Shown here: positions 9,589 to 19,120 of the stretch, one piece after another | Position numbering within the stretch: the first letter of the stretch is position 1 | Layout of the letters: the number at the start of each line of letters is the position of its first letter | Source: Candidatus Eiseniibacteriota bacterium | GTDB taxonomy: Bacteria > Eisenbacteria > RBG-16-71-46 | Assembly: GCA_963717505.1 (NCBI GenBank) | Contig: OY970342.1 | Location: 1,856,001 to 1,920,000, forward strand | Length of the DNA stretch: 64,000 bases | Reading direction: 5' to 3' | Made by a program: the position numbers and the translations under genes | Notes under the pieces: model-generated | Seen by the model: only the letters and a program-made list of their open reading frames with translations | The model's database searches: none | Told to the model about the DNA's origin: nothing

Positions 9589-12500
9589 ATGACGCCGTTG
9601 CCGGGGTGGGGAACCGGTTCACTCGGTAGTCGCATCAGCGTCTCGATCGCGCAGGTGCTCGGGATCGCCCTGGTGACGGCGGCCATGTCAGGCTGTGACG
9701 GGTTTCAGCACACGCCCTCGGGGGGTGAAGCGATCGACGCGATCGACGAACGCTACCTCCAGCCCAGGGTCTACCCGGGCGATGTGTTGCGAGTCGAGCC
9801 CCGAGAGGCCGCGCTCGACCACGTCCGGCTGATGCACGAACAGACTGGAACCCCGCACGTGGCACCCGGAGACGTCCCCGCGACCGGAACCCGTTGCCTC
9901 TGGAAATCGGCGGGTCCGAGCAACATCAACGGCCGGGTGACTTCGATCTCGATCGCCATGCAGACCCCCGAGATCGTGTTCGTGGCAAGCGTCGGCGGCG
10001 TCTGGCGCTCCACGGACCGGGCGCGGCGATGGCAGCGGGTTCTGGGCAATGCCCGGCCGGGCGTGTTTGGCGCCGTCGTCGTCGACGGGCTGGGCGAAAC
10101 CGTCTATGCCGGCGGTGGGGATCCCAACTATCAGGAGATCGCATGGGGCGGGGGCCCCGGAATCTGGCGATCGACCGACGGCGGTGACTCCTGGAGTCAC
10201 GAGTCGGTCGCGGAACTCGACCGAGCGGTGATCTTTCGGTTGATCATGGATCCCAACGATCCGGATCACGTTTTTGCGGCAACCAGCGCGGGGGTGTGGG
10301 TCCGCGCTTCAGGGTCATGGGTCCGCCTCTCGGGCATGGACGCGCCGTGCAGTGACATCGCCGTGGACTTTTCGACCGCAAGCCCGATCGCGTTCGCCGG
10401 AATCTACGAAGACCTGGGGTCGTTCACCCGCGGAGTCTGGAGGCACGTCGGGTCTTGGGAACCGCCGTCGAGCGCGATACCTCAGAACGGGGGCATCATC
10501 GCGCTGGCCATGGCGCCCAGCACTCCGGCCACGATCTACGCCAAGGTCCAGAAGCAGAACTCGAGAAGACCGCTGGGAGTCTGGCGTACGACCAACGGCG
10601 GGACCAGCTGGAGCAGGAAGTCCGCCCTGAGCAACAAGGACGACATTGCCTGGTACACGAGCGGCATTGCCGTTCATCCGGGGGACCCCGATGTCGTGTG
10701 GCTGGGGCTCATCGGGCTCTATCGCAGTACGAACGGTGGAGCGAATTGGACGGAGCGAAAGTTTGGAGACCATTCCAACGTGGAACTGCACATTGACCAA
10801 CACGCGATCGCATTCGATCCGGCCGATCCCAACTTCCTCTACGTCGGCAATGATGGAGGGCTCATCCGCAGCACGGACATGTCGGCGGTGGACGAGTCGG
10901 GCGACAACAAGTGGCACTGGGAGAGCGTCAGCCACGGGATGGTCATCACCGAGTTCTACCGGATCGCAACCCGGTCGGCCACCGGAACGCTCCTCGGCGG
11001 TGGAACGCAGGACAACGGCACGGCGCTCACCTTCGGCAACAGGACCTGGTACGTCCACCAGCACTGCGATGGAGGTTATGTCGCCGTCGACGCCGCGAAC
11101 GTCCTCGGTGTCTACGAGTCTTGTGACGGCAGCCTGGTTCGTTACGGCAATCCGGTCCCGGGCAAGATCGACTGGGGAAGCACGATCGTCTCCTGGCCCG
11201 GGTCGTTCAAGGATCCTCACGACCCAGTGGCGACCGACCCCGAGAACCCTGGACACGCGGTCGCGGTTTCGTGGCTGAATCACGAGCAGCCGCGACTCAA
11301 ATACACGACCACGAACGGTGCGACGTGGACCAGCATGCCGGGGCCCCTTCCCGACGATGCCACGGTCACCGCGATCGCAGTTGCGCCGGCTCAAGGCTTC
11401 ACGACGTTCTACGTCGGGTATCGGAGCCCCGGGGAGGGTGCGGGGGTGCGTTCGACAGCGAACCGCGGCACCGGTTGGACCCAGCCAAACGGCTTTCCCG
11501 ATGTCTCCCCGAACGCTATTGCCGTCGACCCGAACGAGCCGACACACGCGTTCGTCGCCGTCGGTGGCAACGAGGGAGCCATGGGCACGATCCTGCGCAC
11601 CACCGACTCGGGAAAGACCTGGGTCGACGTGGGCGGGTCCGGTGCCACGGGGCTCCCCGAGGCGCCGATGACCGGCGTGGCGATCGATCCAGTGGTCGAT
11701 CCCGTGGTCGGGCACGTGATCTATGCCTGCGGCTTCGTCGGCGTCTTCAGAGGAATCGTGGCCGACGACGGTAGCGCGACCTGGGCTCCATTCGATCAGG
11801 GACTGCCCGAAGGGCTGGACGTCAACGACATGACACTCAACACGGCGACCCGGATGCTCTCGATCGGAACCAGAGGCTACGGCGTCTACGAGCGCTATGT
11901 CGGTGACGCCGAATGTCCGCAAGATCGAGTGCTGGTCCGCGACAACGTCTTCGACCGAGGCAACGGGCCGGCTCTGATCGGTGAACCGAACCCCGAGGAC
12001 CCGGTGGATCTCAACGGGGACGGACTGTGGGCCGCCAACAGCTCGGTCGACGGCAGCATCAACTGGTGGACGTCGACGGACATTCGCGTCGCGGTGAAAG
12101 ACGCGGCGGGATCCGCGATCCCGGACTACGATCACGTGGAGTTCGAATCGTGCCCGATCTGGTCGGATCAGGAAGCATGTCCGCGTGGCATGCTGTGGGA
12201 TGCGCGCCCCAACCCGGGCGATGTGGCACGCGTCTTCGTCCAGGTCACGAACCATGGACTGACGCCGATGACCCAGGTACGGGTCACGGCGCTGTGGTTC
12301 GGCGGCAGCGTTCCGGCGCCGCCGCTTCCCGGCACCTTCTGGAGTGCGAGCTTTCCGACTGGTTCAGGTTGCGCACCGATCTCGGCCAACTCCGGTTGGC
12401 AGTACGTGGACCCCGCGAAGCGCTGCGACACCATCGATGTCGTGAACCCGGGCGAGCCTCGCGTTGCCTCCTTCGACTGGCAAGTTCCACCCGGCGCCCA

Positions 12501-13035
12501 GCCTCCATTCCAGTATCTGGCGGTGATCGAATCCAACCAGGCGCCGCTCGGATCCGCGCGCGGGGACCACGACATGGATGTGCTGGTGCCCAACTCCCAT
12601 CAGGTCGCACTTCGCTCCCTGAACGTCTCGCAGGTGGTCACCGCGAGTGCCGCGCGCGTTCAGGAGTTGATCCGCATCGCTCCAACCGGTGTTGTCGCGG
12701 GGACCGTTTTCACCGTCACGTTCGGAGGACGGGAGCCCGGTGACGAGATGCGCCTGTTCGTTCCTCAGGGCGCCGTCGACTGGATCGGCGCGGCCCGGGA
12801 CACCGCCAGCGACTCGCTCGTTACGCCCGGGCACATGATCCCGGCAGGGTATGCCGGATTTAGGGCGGATTCGGTCGCTCGTGGCGAGATCCTCACGGGG
12901 TCCCCTCTGGATCTCGCTCTGGTGTTCTTCCCAGGGCACGCGGGGGTGGCTCGCCCCCGCTATCTGCACGTGGTCGCCCGGAACGGGGTCCGGGTCCTGG
13001 GGGGAATGACCTGGGTCGTAAGGCCTAACCCATAG
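9589..13035 (+). CDS. Exported VPS10/BNR (Asp-box) beta-propeller protein with C-terminal Ig-like region; possible lipoprotein
   Basis: WKSAGPSNINGRV and repeated Asp-box-like motifs (WRSTDGGDSW, RTTNGGTSW, RSTNGGANW); HIDQHAIAFDP and GGTQDNGT; hydrophobic stretch ending AMSGC. Confidence 0.8.
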   Translation: MTPLPGWGTGSLGSRISVSIAQVLGIALVTAAMSGCDGFQHTPSGGEAIDAIDERYLQPRVYPGDVLRVEPREAALDHVRLMHEQTGTPHVAPGDVPATGTRCLWKSAGPSNINGRVTSISIAMQTPEIVFVASVGGVWRSTDRARRWQRVLGNARPGVFGAVVVDGLGETVYAGGGDPNYQEIAWGGGPGIWRSTDGGDSWSHESVAELDRAVIFRLIMDPNDPDHVFAATSAGVWVRASGSWVRLSGMDAPCSDIAVDFSTASPIAFAGIYEDLGSFTRGVWRHVGSWEPPSSAIPQNGGIIALAMAPSTPATIYAKVQKQNSRRPLGVWRTTNGGTSWSRKSALSNKDDIAWYTSGIAVHPGDPDVVWLGLIGLYRSTNGGANWTERKFGDHSNVELHIDQHAIAFDPADPNFLYVGNDGGLIRSTDMSAVDESGDNKWHWESVSHGMVITEFYRIATRSATGTLLGGGTQDNGTALTFGNRTWYVHQHCDGGYVAVDAANVLGVYESCDGSLVRYGNPVPGKIDWGSTIVSWPGSFKDPHDPVATDPENPGHAVAVSWLNHEQPRLKYTTTNGATWTSMPGPLPDDATVTAIAVAPAQGFTTFYVGYRSPGEGAGVRSTANRGTGWTQPNGFPDVSPNAIAVDPNEPTHAFVAVGGNEGAMGTILRTTDSGKTWVDVGGSGATGLPEAPMTGVAIDPVVDPVVGHVIYACGFVGVFRGIVADDGSATWAPFDQGLPEGLDVNDMTLNTATRMLSIGTRGYGVYERYVGDAECPQDRVLVRDNVFDRGNGPALIGEPNPEDPVDLNGDGLWAANSSVDGSINWWTSTDIRVAVKDAAGSAIPDYDHVEFESCPIWSDQEACPRGMLWDARPNPGDVARVFVQVTNHGLTPMTQVRVTALWFGGSVPAPPLPGTFWSASFPTGSGCAPISANSGWQYVDPAKRCDTIDVVNPGEPRVASFDWQVPPGAQPPFQYLAVIESNQAPLGSARGDHDMDVLVPNSHQVALRSLNVSQVVTASAARVQELIRIAPTGVVAGTVFTVTFGGREPGDEMRLFVPQGAVDWIGAARDTASDSLVTPGHMIPAGYAGFRADSVARGEILTGSPLDLALVFFPGHAGVARPRYLHVVARNGVRVLGGMTWVVRPNP

Positions 13036-13059
13036 CGGGGCATCGATCCCAGCCCCGCT
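13034..13059 (+). terminator. GC-rich hairpin after the propeller gene (possible terminator, no U tract)
   Basis: AGCGGGGC-N10-GCCCCGCT at the stop codon. Confidence 0.35.
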
Positions 13060-13147
13060 GGCTTGACTCCGGAGGGACTACCTCCGAGGCTCCGCCGGCA
13101 CAGCCACTGCCAACCTTTTTCCCCGCAAGACCATCCTACTCTTGCGG

Positions 13148-13726
13148 ATGGAGCACTCGGGCCCCGGAGTGACCCCGCTGAGCGATGACTCGCTGCCGCC
13201 GGCACACGGCTCGGACGTCGACGACGCGCGTCGCGCGGCCTCGGGCGACCGGGTGGCGTTCGAGCGCCTGTACCGGGGTCACGTGGGGCGGATCCACAGC
13301 TTGGCTCGGCGCCTGGCGGGGTTCGAGGACGCGAACGAAGTCACCCAGGACGTGTTCGTGCGGGCCTGGCAGAAACTCGGAACTTTTCGTGGCGAGGCGC
13401 AGTTCGGAACATGGCTGTATCGTCTGGCAATCAACGTGATGCTCGCGCATCGAGGCCGGCTCGGCGCCCGGCGCGACCGCTATGGCGGCGCGGACGAGGT
13501 GCTGGATCACCTCTCGGCGCGTCCCGCGCAGATGGACCTGGCCCTCGACTTCGAGACTGCGCTGGAACGATTGCCGGAAGGGGCGCGACAGGTGTTCGTG
13601 CTGCACGACGTCGAGGGTTTCAAGCACGAGGAGATCGGCCGCATGCTCGGCATCTCGTCGGGAACGTCCAAGGCGCAGCTCCACCGCGCACGCATGTTGC
13701 TGCGCAGGAATCTCGGGAGATCGTGA
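13148..13726 (+). CDS. ECF-subfamily RNA polymerase sigma factor
   Basis: GDRVAFERLY, EVTQDVFVRAW, FGTWLYRLAIN and region-4 FKHEEIGRMLGISSGTSKAQLHRAR. Start codon uncertain (13142, 13148 or 13169). Confidence 0.92.
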   Translation: MEHSGPGVTPLSDDSLPPAHGSDVDDARRAASGDRVAFERLYRGHVGRIHSLARRLAGFEDANEVTQDVFVRAWQKLGTFRGEAQFGTWLYRLAINVMLAHRGRLGARRDRYGGADEVLDHLSARPAQMDLALDFETALERLPEGARQVFVLHDVEGFKHEEIGRMLGISSGTSKAQLHRARMLLRRNLGRS

Positions 13727-13730
13727 GTTC

Positions 13731-14483
13731 ATGAAGCACGCCCCACTGACATCGGACCCCTGGACCGACCGGCTGTCGGAGTACCTGGACGGCACGCTCG
13801 ACGCGCGGACGCGCGCCGGAGTCGTGGCGCACTTGCCGGGTTGCGCCGAGTGCAGCGCCGCGCTCGAAGAGCTGCGGCTGGTCAAGGCGCGCGCTACGGC
13901 GCTCGAGGATCGTCCGCCGGCAGCCGACCTGTGGCCGGCGATCGCACGCCGGCTCGACGAGAAGCCGATGGGCGTCGGGGCGCGAATCGCAGGCTGGTTC
14001 GGCGGCGCGCGCATCGCGCTCACCGTTCCGCAGTTCGCCGCCGCCGCCGCACTGTTGATGGTGATGTCGGGGGGTGCCGCGTGGTTCCTGGCTCAGCGTC
14101 CTGCGGCTCCGATCGCCGCGCGGACGGGAGACGTATTCAGATTCGCGACCCCGGCTCCCGGCACCCATGGCGTCAACGGCGGAAATGGCGCCAACGGCAC
14201 CAACGGCGCGCTCAACGCCGGCTACGACCTGACGCGCTACGACGCGACCATCGCCGACCTCGAATCCGTCCTGCGCACGCATCGCGCGGTGCTCGACACA
14301 TCGACCGTGCGGGTCATCGAACAGAACCTTGCGGTCATCGATCGCGCGATCGCCGATGCGCGCAGTGCGCTGGCCGCGGATCCGGCGAGTATCTATCTGA
14401 ACAACCATCTGGCGGCGCAGTTGCAGGCCAAAGTGCAGCTGCTGCAGCGTGCTGCCGCCGTGGTCACGGTTCACCAGGGCTAG
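13731..14483 (+). CDS. Zinc-finger (zf-HC2/ZAS) transmembrane anti-sigma factor
   Basis: LSEYLDG...HLPGCAEC (HxxxCxxC), one TM helix, directly downstream of the ECF sigma gene. Confidence 0.88.
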   Translation: MKHAPLTSDPWTDRLSEYLDGTLDARTRAGVVAHLPGCAECSAALEELRLVKARATALEDRPPAADLWPAIARRLDEKPMGVGARIAGWFGGARIALTVPQFAAAAALLMVMSGGAAWFLAQRPAAPIAARTGDVFRFATPAPGTHGVNGGNGANGTNGALNAGYDLTRYDATIADLESVLRTHRAVLDTSTVRVIEQNLAVIDRAIADARSALAADPASIYLNNHLAAQLQAKVQLLQRAAAVVTVHQG

Positions 14484-14497
14484 GGAGAAGCGAGGAC

Positions 14498-15514
14498 ATG
14501 AGACTCCGCTGGGCTGTCCTTCTGTCGATGATCATGGCGACGGCAGCCGCCGCAGCAGGGACCGATACGACGGTGCAGGCGCGCAAGGGCGCGCGTCTCT
14601 ACCTGAACAACTTCGGCGGCAACATCGCGGTCGAGGCCTGGCGCAAGAACGCAATCCACGTGGTCGCCGATCACTCGGATCGCGTGAAGGTGGTCATCGT
14701 GGAGTCCGGGCCCGACATCCAGGTTCAGTACGCTTCTCGACGCCGGCCGGCACGGATCGACTACCGCATCCAGGTGCCCGAGTGGCTGCCGCTCAACCTG
14801 GAAGGGATTCACTCGAACATTCGGGTCAAGGGCGTGAACAGCGACGTGCTCGCCGAGACCGTGCACGGACTGATCAGCGTCGAAGGCGGGTCGGGGCTGA
14901 TCCGGTTGTCGTCGATGAACGGCCCGGTCAGTTCGGTCAAATCGCGCGGACGGCTCGAGGCCGAGTCGATCAACGAGGCCGTGCGCGTGATCGACGCCCA
15001 GGGCGAAGTCGTGGTCAGCGCGGTCAACGGCGACATCGACCTGGAGGGCATCGACGCCGGGCGCATCTCGGTGTCGACCGTGAACGGCGACGTGCATTTC
15101 CTGGGCAATCTGCACAAGGACGGCCAGTACGACTTCTCCACCCACCAAGGCGACTTGATCTTGGGCATGCCCGAAAACCTCGACGCCACGATCTCGGTGG
15201 CCACATTCAACGGCGACTTCGAGTCGGTCTTCCCGGTGCGCCTCGACAACGCCCGCTACGGCCGGCGCTTCCACTTCGCGATGGGCGAGGGCAGTGCGCG
15301 ATTGAGTCTCGAGTCCTTCGGCGGATCGATCCGCCTGGTGTCGGTAGCCGAGGCGATGCGCGACGCTCAGGAGCGCCAGCGCGAGTGGCTGCAGGAAGAG
15401 CGGGAGCGCGCGCAGGAGGAGCTGGAAGAGGCGCACGAGCGCGAGCAGGAACGGAAAGAAGAGATGCAGGAGAAACAGGAGAAACAGAAGTACCAGGAGC
15501 GTCGCCACCGCTAG
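14498..15514 (+). CDS. DUF4097 family beta-strand repeat protein with charged C-terminal coiled coil
   Basis: Signal peptide; repeated S/T-x-N-G-x-I/V units (SAVNGDI, STVNGDV, ATFNGDF); common third gene of ECF/anti-sigma operons. Confidence 0.8.
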   Translation: MRLRWAVLLSMIMATAAAAAGTDTTVQARKGARLYLNNFGGNIAVEAWRKNAIHVVADHSDRVKVVIVESGPDIQVQYASRRRPARIDYRIQVPEWLPLNLEGIHSNIRVKGVNSDVLAETVHGLISVEGGSGLIRLSSMNGPVSSVKSRGRLEAESINEAVRVIDAQGEVVVSAVNGDIDLEGIDAGRISVSTVNGDVHFLGNLHKDGQYDFSTHQGDLILGMPENLDATISVATFNGDFESVFPVRLDNARYGRRFHFAMGEGSARLSLESFGGSIRLVSVAEAMRDAQERQREWLQEERERAQEELEEAHEREQERKEEMQEKQEKQKYQERRHR

Positions 15515-15521
15515 CGCGAGA

Positions 15522-17960
15522 TTATCGGACCACCACCAGCTTGCCGGTCACGGCACCTTCGGCGCCATCGAGTCGAAGACCATAGAGTCCTGGCGCCAGC
15601 CGTCGCGCGTCGAGGCGCGCCTCGTGAGATCCGGCCTCGAGCCAGACGTCGTCGAGCGGACGCGCCACTTCGCGGCCCTGGATGTCGAAGAGCCGGAGCG
15701 TGACGGTTCCGGCGCGGCCGAGGACGAAACGCGCACGCGATTCGACCCGGACGGGATTCGGCGTGAGGGTCAAACTCGTGCGCGGCAGGATGGGGGCGTC
15801 GACACCGACGATCGCAAACGTCTGGTCGTCGAGGAACGCGATATTGGGGTGATGGAAGTTGTTCACGGTTTTGAAGCTGCCGCAGACGGCAACGATGTGA
15901 AACTCTGTGTTCGATTGAGTTGTGATGTCCGCGGGTACGCCGTCGAGTGTCGGAGCCCAGACCAGCAAAGGCTTGGGGCCTGGCGCCTGTCCATCGGCGA
16001 TGAAGGCGGCGAGGAACTCCCTCGGCTGGCCTTGAACGGCGTAGAATTCGCCGCCGATGTACAGCCGACCGAGCGCGAGCCTCATCGCAGTCACCACTCC
16101 ATCCGGGTTCGGTGACCAGGGTTCGGCGGCCCCGGTCGAGACGTGGAACGCGAGCAGGAACTGGCGATCGAACACGCCGAATTGCTGAAAAGCCCCACCC
16201 GCGTAGACGATCTCGTCCCCGGCCTCGACGGCTAGAACAGTAGCCCCCAGCGCGGCGGAGTCGGGAGGAAACGGCGTCCACGACGTGGCCACGCCGGCGT
16301 CGGCGTTGACCTGTCCGAGTCCGTTGCGGGGGCTGCCGCGCAGCGTGTCGAACGACCCGGCCACATAGACCCGCTCGCTGTCGACCTCCTTGATGTCGTA
16401 AACGTGGCCCGTGTTTGGCGGGCTCAGGAATTCGGGCCGAACACCGCCACCCAGGTCGAGGGCGGCCAGCCCCTGACTCGGGTCTCCGCCGATCGAGCTG
16501 AATGCGCCGCCCACCCATATGTGCCCGGTTCTGTAGCCGAGGGCGTTCACCGGGGAATTCACCGCCGGCGCCCATGACGACAAGTTCCCGACGACGTCGA
16601 TGACCGCGAAGTTGCTGCGCGGCTGTCCGGCCGCCGCCGTGAAGCTGCCGCCGACGAGTAACCAGGGGAACGCGAGCTCGAGCTCCATCACCGTGCCCGT
16701 CACCCCCGGATTGAACGCGTGTGCTTTGCCGCGGTCGGCTGAAGCGGGATTGGTGATGATCGCCGCGAGGTTCTGACGCGCGACCCAACCGACCGAGAAG
16801 AAGTTGCCGCCGATGAACGCTCGGGTCGGGTCGACGGCGACCGCGTGGACCGGGCCTGCGGCATTCGGATTCCAGCTGCCCGCGAAATCGTCGGCGGTCG
16901 AAAGGTTCGCGGCTCCGTTGCGCGGTGCGTTCCCGGCGTTCGCGAAGTCTCCGCCAATCCAAAGTTGACCGGCAATGAAAAGAATGGTCCGCACGCGCGC
17001 ATCGGCGCCCGGATTCCAGGGGCGCAGCACCGAAAGTGTGAGGTCGAATGCCGTCAGCCGCTGTCGGGACTGACCCAGGACCGTGGTGAAGTCGCCGACC
17101 ATGTAGACGTTGGATGGATCGGCGGTGAACGCGAACACTTCTCCGTTGACGTTGGTCGCCGGGGCGAGGGTCCCCGACGACGTGATGATCGCGAGATTGG
17201 TGCGGGGCTGACCGCCGACCATCGAGAACAGGCCGCCGATCGCGAGGTTCAGCCCCGAGCGGAACACCGCGTTCACCGGGCCGTTGACGTTTGGATTCCA
17301 GGTCTGCAGCGCTCCGGTGGCGGGATGGAGCGCCGCCACGCGGTTGCGGGTCGTGCCGCCGATCGCGGTGAACTCGCCGCCGACGTAGATCAGGCTCGAG
17401 AAGGAGCCGAGGAAACGCACGCTGCCGTTGGCGCCCGGATCCCAGGAGTTGACCGCACCGCTCGCGGGGTCCAGGGCAGCGAGTCGCGACCGGGCGACCC
17501 CTGCGATCGTGGTGAAGTCCCCGCCGACGTAGAGCATCCCGCCGGAGAGCAGGATGCTGCGCACGGTGGCATCCGGTTGCGGCGCCCAGGCCGTTACGTT
17601 GCCCGTGGCGTCGATGTGGGCGAGACAGCGGCGAGTGATCCCGCGGATGGTGGTGAACGATCCACCCAGGAACCATCCACCCGACCCGTCGGCAACCACC
17701 GCATGCACGACACCATTGATGTGGAGAGGTGGACCCTCCAGGGCCCCGGTCGACCGGTTCGTGACGGCACCACTCCCGGTGGGTGGGCCCACGCGCTGGA
17801 ATTGGCCGCCGATGAACATGAGGTCGAAATAGGGCTCGACCGCGTACACCGGCCCGTCGGTCACCCAGAACGACTCGTGGAGAGACTGTGCCGAGACGGA
17901 CATCGGCACCGTCAGGAACAGAAGGAAGGCGAAGACGAGATGACTCGGTCTTGGGATCAT
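15522..17960 (-). CDS. Secreted beta-propeller repeat protein with C-terminal T9SS/FlgD-like tail
   Basis: Signal peptide; about a dozen repeats of the form WxPxxNGxV...LYVGGxFTxIGGxxRxxLAA; tail PNPV...LRLFDIQGREV...PGLY...GKLVVVR. Confidence 0.82.
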   Translation of the reverse strand: MIPRPSHLVFAFLLFLTVPMSVSAQSLHESFWVTDGPVYAVEPYFDLMFIGGQFQRVGPPTGSGAVTNRSTGALEGPPLHINGVVHAVVADGSGGWFLGGSFTTIRGITRRCLAHIDATGNVTAWAPQPDATVRSILLSGGMLYVGGDFTTIAGVARSRLAALDPASGAVNSWDPGANGSVRFLGSFSSLIYVGGEFTAIGGTTRNRVAALHPATGALQTWNPNVNGPVNAVFRSGLNLAIGGLFSMVGGQPRTNLAIITSSGTLAPATNVNGEVFAFTADPSNVYMVGDFTTVLGQSRQRLTAFDLTLSVLRPWNPGADARVRTILFIAGQLWIGGDFANAGNAPRNGAANLSTADDFAGSWNPNAAGPVHAVAVDPTRAFIGGNFFSVGWVARQNLAAIITNPASADRGKAHAFNPGVTGTVMELELAFPWLLVGGSFTAAAGQPRSNFAVIDVVGNLSSWAPAVNSPVNALGYRTGHIWVGGAFSSIGGDPSQGLAALDLGGGVRPEFLSPPNTGHVYDIKEVDSERVYVAGSFDTLRGSPRNGLGQVNADAGVATSWTPFPPDSAALGATVLAVEAGDEIVYAGGAFQQFGVFDRQFLLAFHVSTGAAEPWSPNPDGVVTAMRLALGRLYIGGEFYAVQGQPREFLAAFIADGQAPGPKPLLVWAPTLDGVPADITTQSNTEFHIVAVCGSFKTVNNFHHPNIAFLDDQTFAIVGVDAPILPRTSLTLTPNPVRVESRARFVLGRAGTVTLRLFDIQGREVARPLDDVWLEAGSHEARLDARRLAPGLYGLRLDGAEGAVTGKLVVVR

Positions 17961-18060
17961 ACTCGGTTGGACGATGTTACCGGTCCGCCGTCAGCCGACC
18001 GACCGAGCCCCAGGCGAGCGGAGGCCCAGGTCCCCGAGGAGGCCGGCCGCCTCAGCATCG

Positions 18061-18109
18061 GCTTTGCGGCACAAAGTGCTTGACGGCAACACGGCTGAGC
18101 CGGTAATGT
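18061..18109 (+). promoter_or_regulatory. Promoter with adjacent palindromic candidate operator
   Basis: CTTTG-N5-CAAAG (18062-18076) directly upstream of TTGACG-N18-TAATGT. Confidence 0.5.
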
Positions 18110-18119
18110 CTCGCCCGCG

Positions 18120-18740
18120 ATGGCAGACATCACGCCCCTTCGACCTCACCGGCGGCCCGACGAGCCGCCCGCGCTTTCCGAACACGCGATCGACGACCTG
18201 CGCTTCATCCGTCAGACGATGGAGCGTGCCGGTGTGTTCACCGCGGTCCCGGGCTGGGGCATGGTGGTGGTCGGCGCCACCGCGTGCGCCGCGGCGTTCT
18301 TCGCCGCGCGCGAAACCACCCCGGCGCTCTGGCTGACGGTGTGGAGCGTCGAGGCGGTGGCGGCGCTGGTCATCGGGCTCGCGGCCATGGCGCACAAGTC
18401 GCGCATGGCAGGCGTGTCCGTGTTCGCCGGCACCAGTCGCCGGTTCTTCCTGAGCTTCTCGCTGCCGCTGGTCGCGGCAGCCGTCCTGACCGTCGCGTTG
18501 TTTCGTGCCGGAATGGCCTCGCTGCTCCCCGGCGTGTGGCTCCTGCTCTACGGCACCGCGTTCGTCTCCGGCGGCGCATTCTCGGTGCCGATCGTCCGCG
18601 TGCTCGGGTTCTGCTTCCTGGCCATCGGCGTCGTCACGCTCGCCGCCCCGACGTCGTGGGGCAATCCGATCATGGCCGCCACGTTCGGCGGACTCCACCT
18701 GGTCTTCGGCGTCGTGATCGCGAGGCGCTACGGTGGCTAG
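18120..18740 (+). CDS. Multi-pass membrane protein (hypothetical)
   Basis: About six hydrophobic segments; AIDDLRFIRQTME N-terminus and FGGLHLVFG near the C-terminus; overlaps the wHTH gene. Confidence 0.75.
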   Translation: MADITPLRPHRRPDEPPALSEHAIDDLRFIRQTMERAGVFTAVPGWGMVVVGATACAAAFFAARETTPALWLTVWSVEAVAALVIGLAAMAHKSRMAGVSVFAGTSRRFFLSFSLPLVAAAVLTVALFRAGMASLLPGVWLLLYGTAFVSGGAFSVPIVRVLGFCFLAIGVVTLAAPTSWGNPIMAATFGGLHLVFGVVIARRYGG

Positions 18741-19101
18741 AGCCGGAGCTCTGAAACGCGGTCGGGGCGCCGCCGGCGCGCTCGGCCGTGCCGCCCCGCC
18801 CGAGCCCGCCCACGCGCTCGACCGCATCATCCACGAGCGGACCCGGCTCGGCATGGTCAGTGCCCTCGCGGTCAACGACTCGCTCACGTTCTCGGAACTC
18901 AAGACCTTGCTGGGATCGACCGATGGAAACCTCAGCGTGCACGCCCGCAAGCTCGAGCTGGCCACCTACGTCACGTGCACCAAGCAGTTCGAAGGGCGGG
19001 TGCCCAAGACCCGCTACCGGCTGACGGCCGCCGGCCGCCGTGCGCTCGAGGCCTATCTGAACCACATGGAGGCGCTCATCCGTGTCACGCGCTCGCGATG
19101 A
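18733..19101 (+). CDS. Winged-helix transcriptional regulator (HTH_34 / MarR-ArsR-like)
   Basis: [17 protein letters not shown]...TFSELK...[13 protein letters not shown]...[13 protein letters not shown]. Confidence 0.85.
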   Translation: MARAGALKRGRGAAGALGRAAPPEPAHALDRIIHERTRLGMVSALAVNDSLTFSELKTLLGSTDGNLSVHARKLELATYVTCTKQFEGRVPKTRYRLTAAGRRALEAYLNHMEALIRVTRSR

Positions 19102-19120
19102 CTCGCGGCACCGCCCGGCG

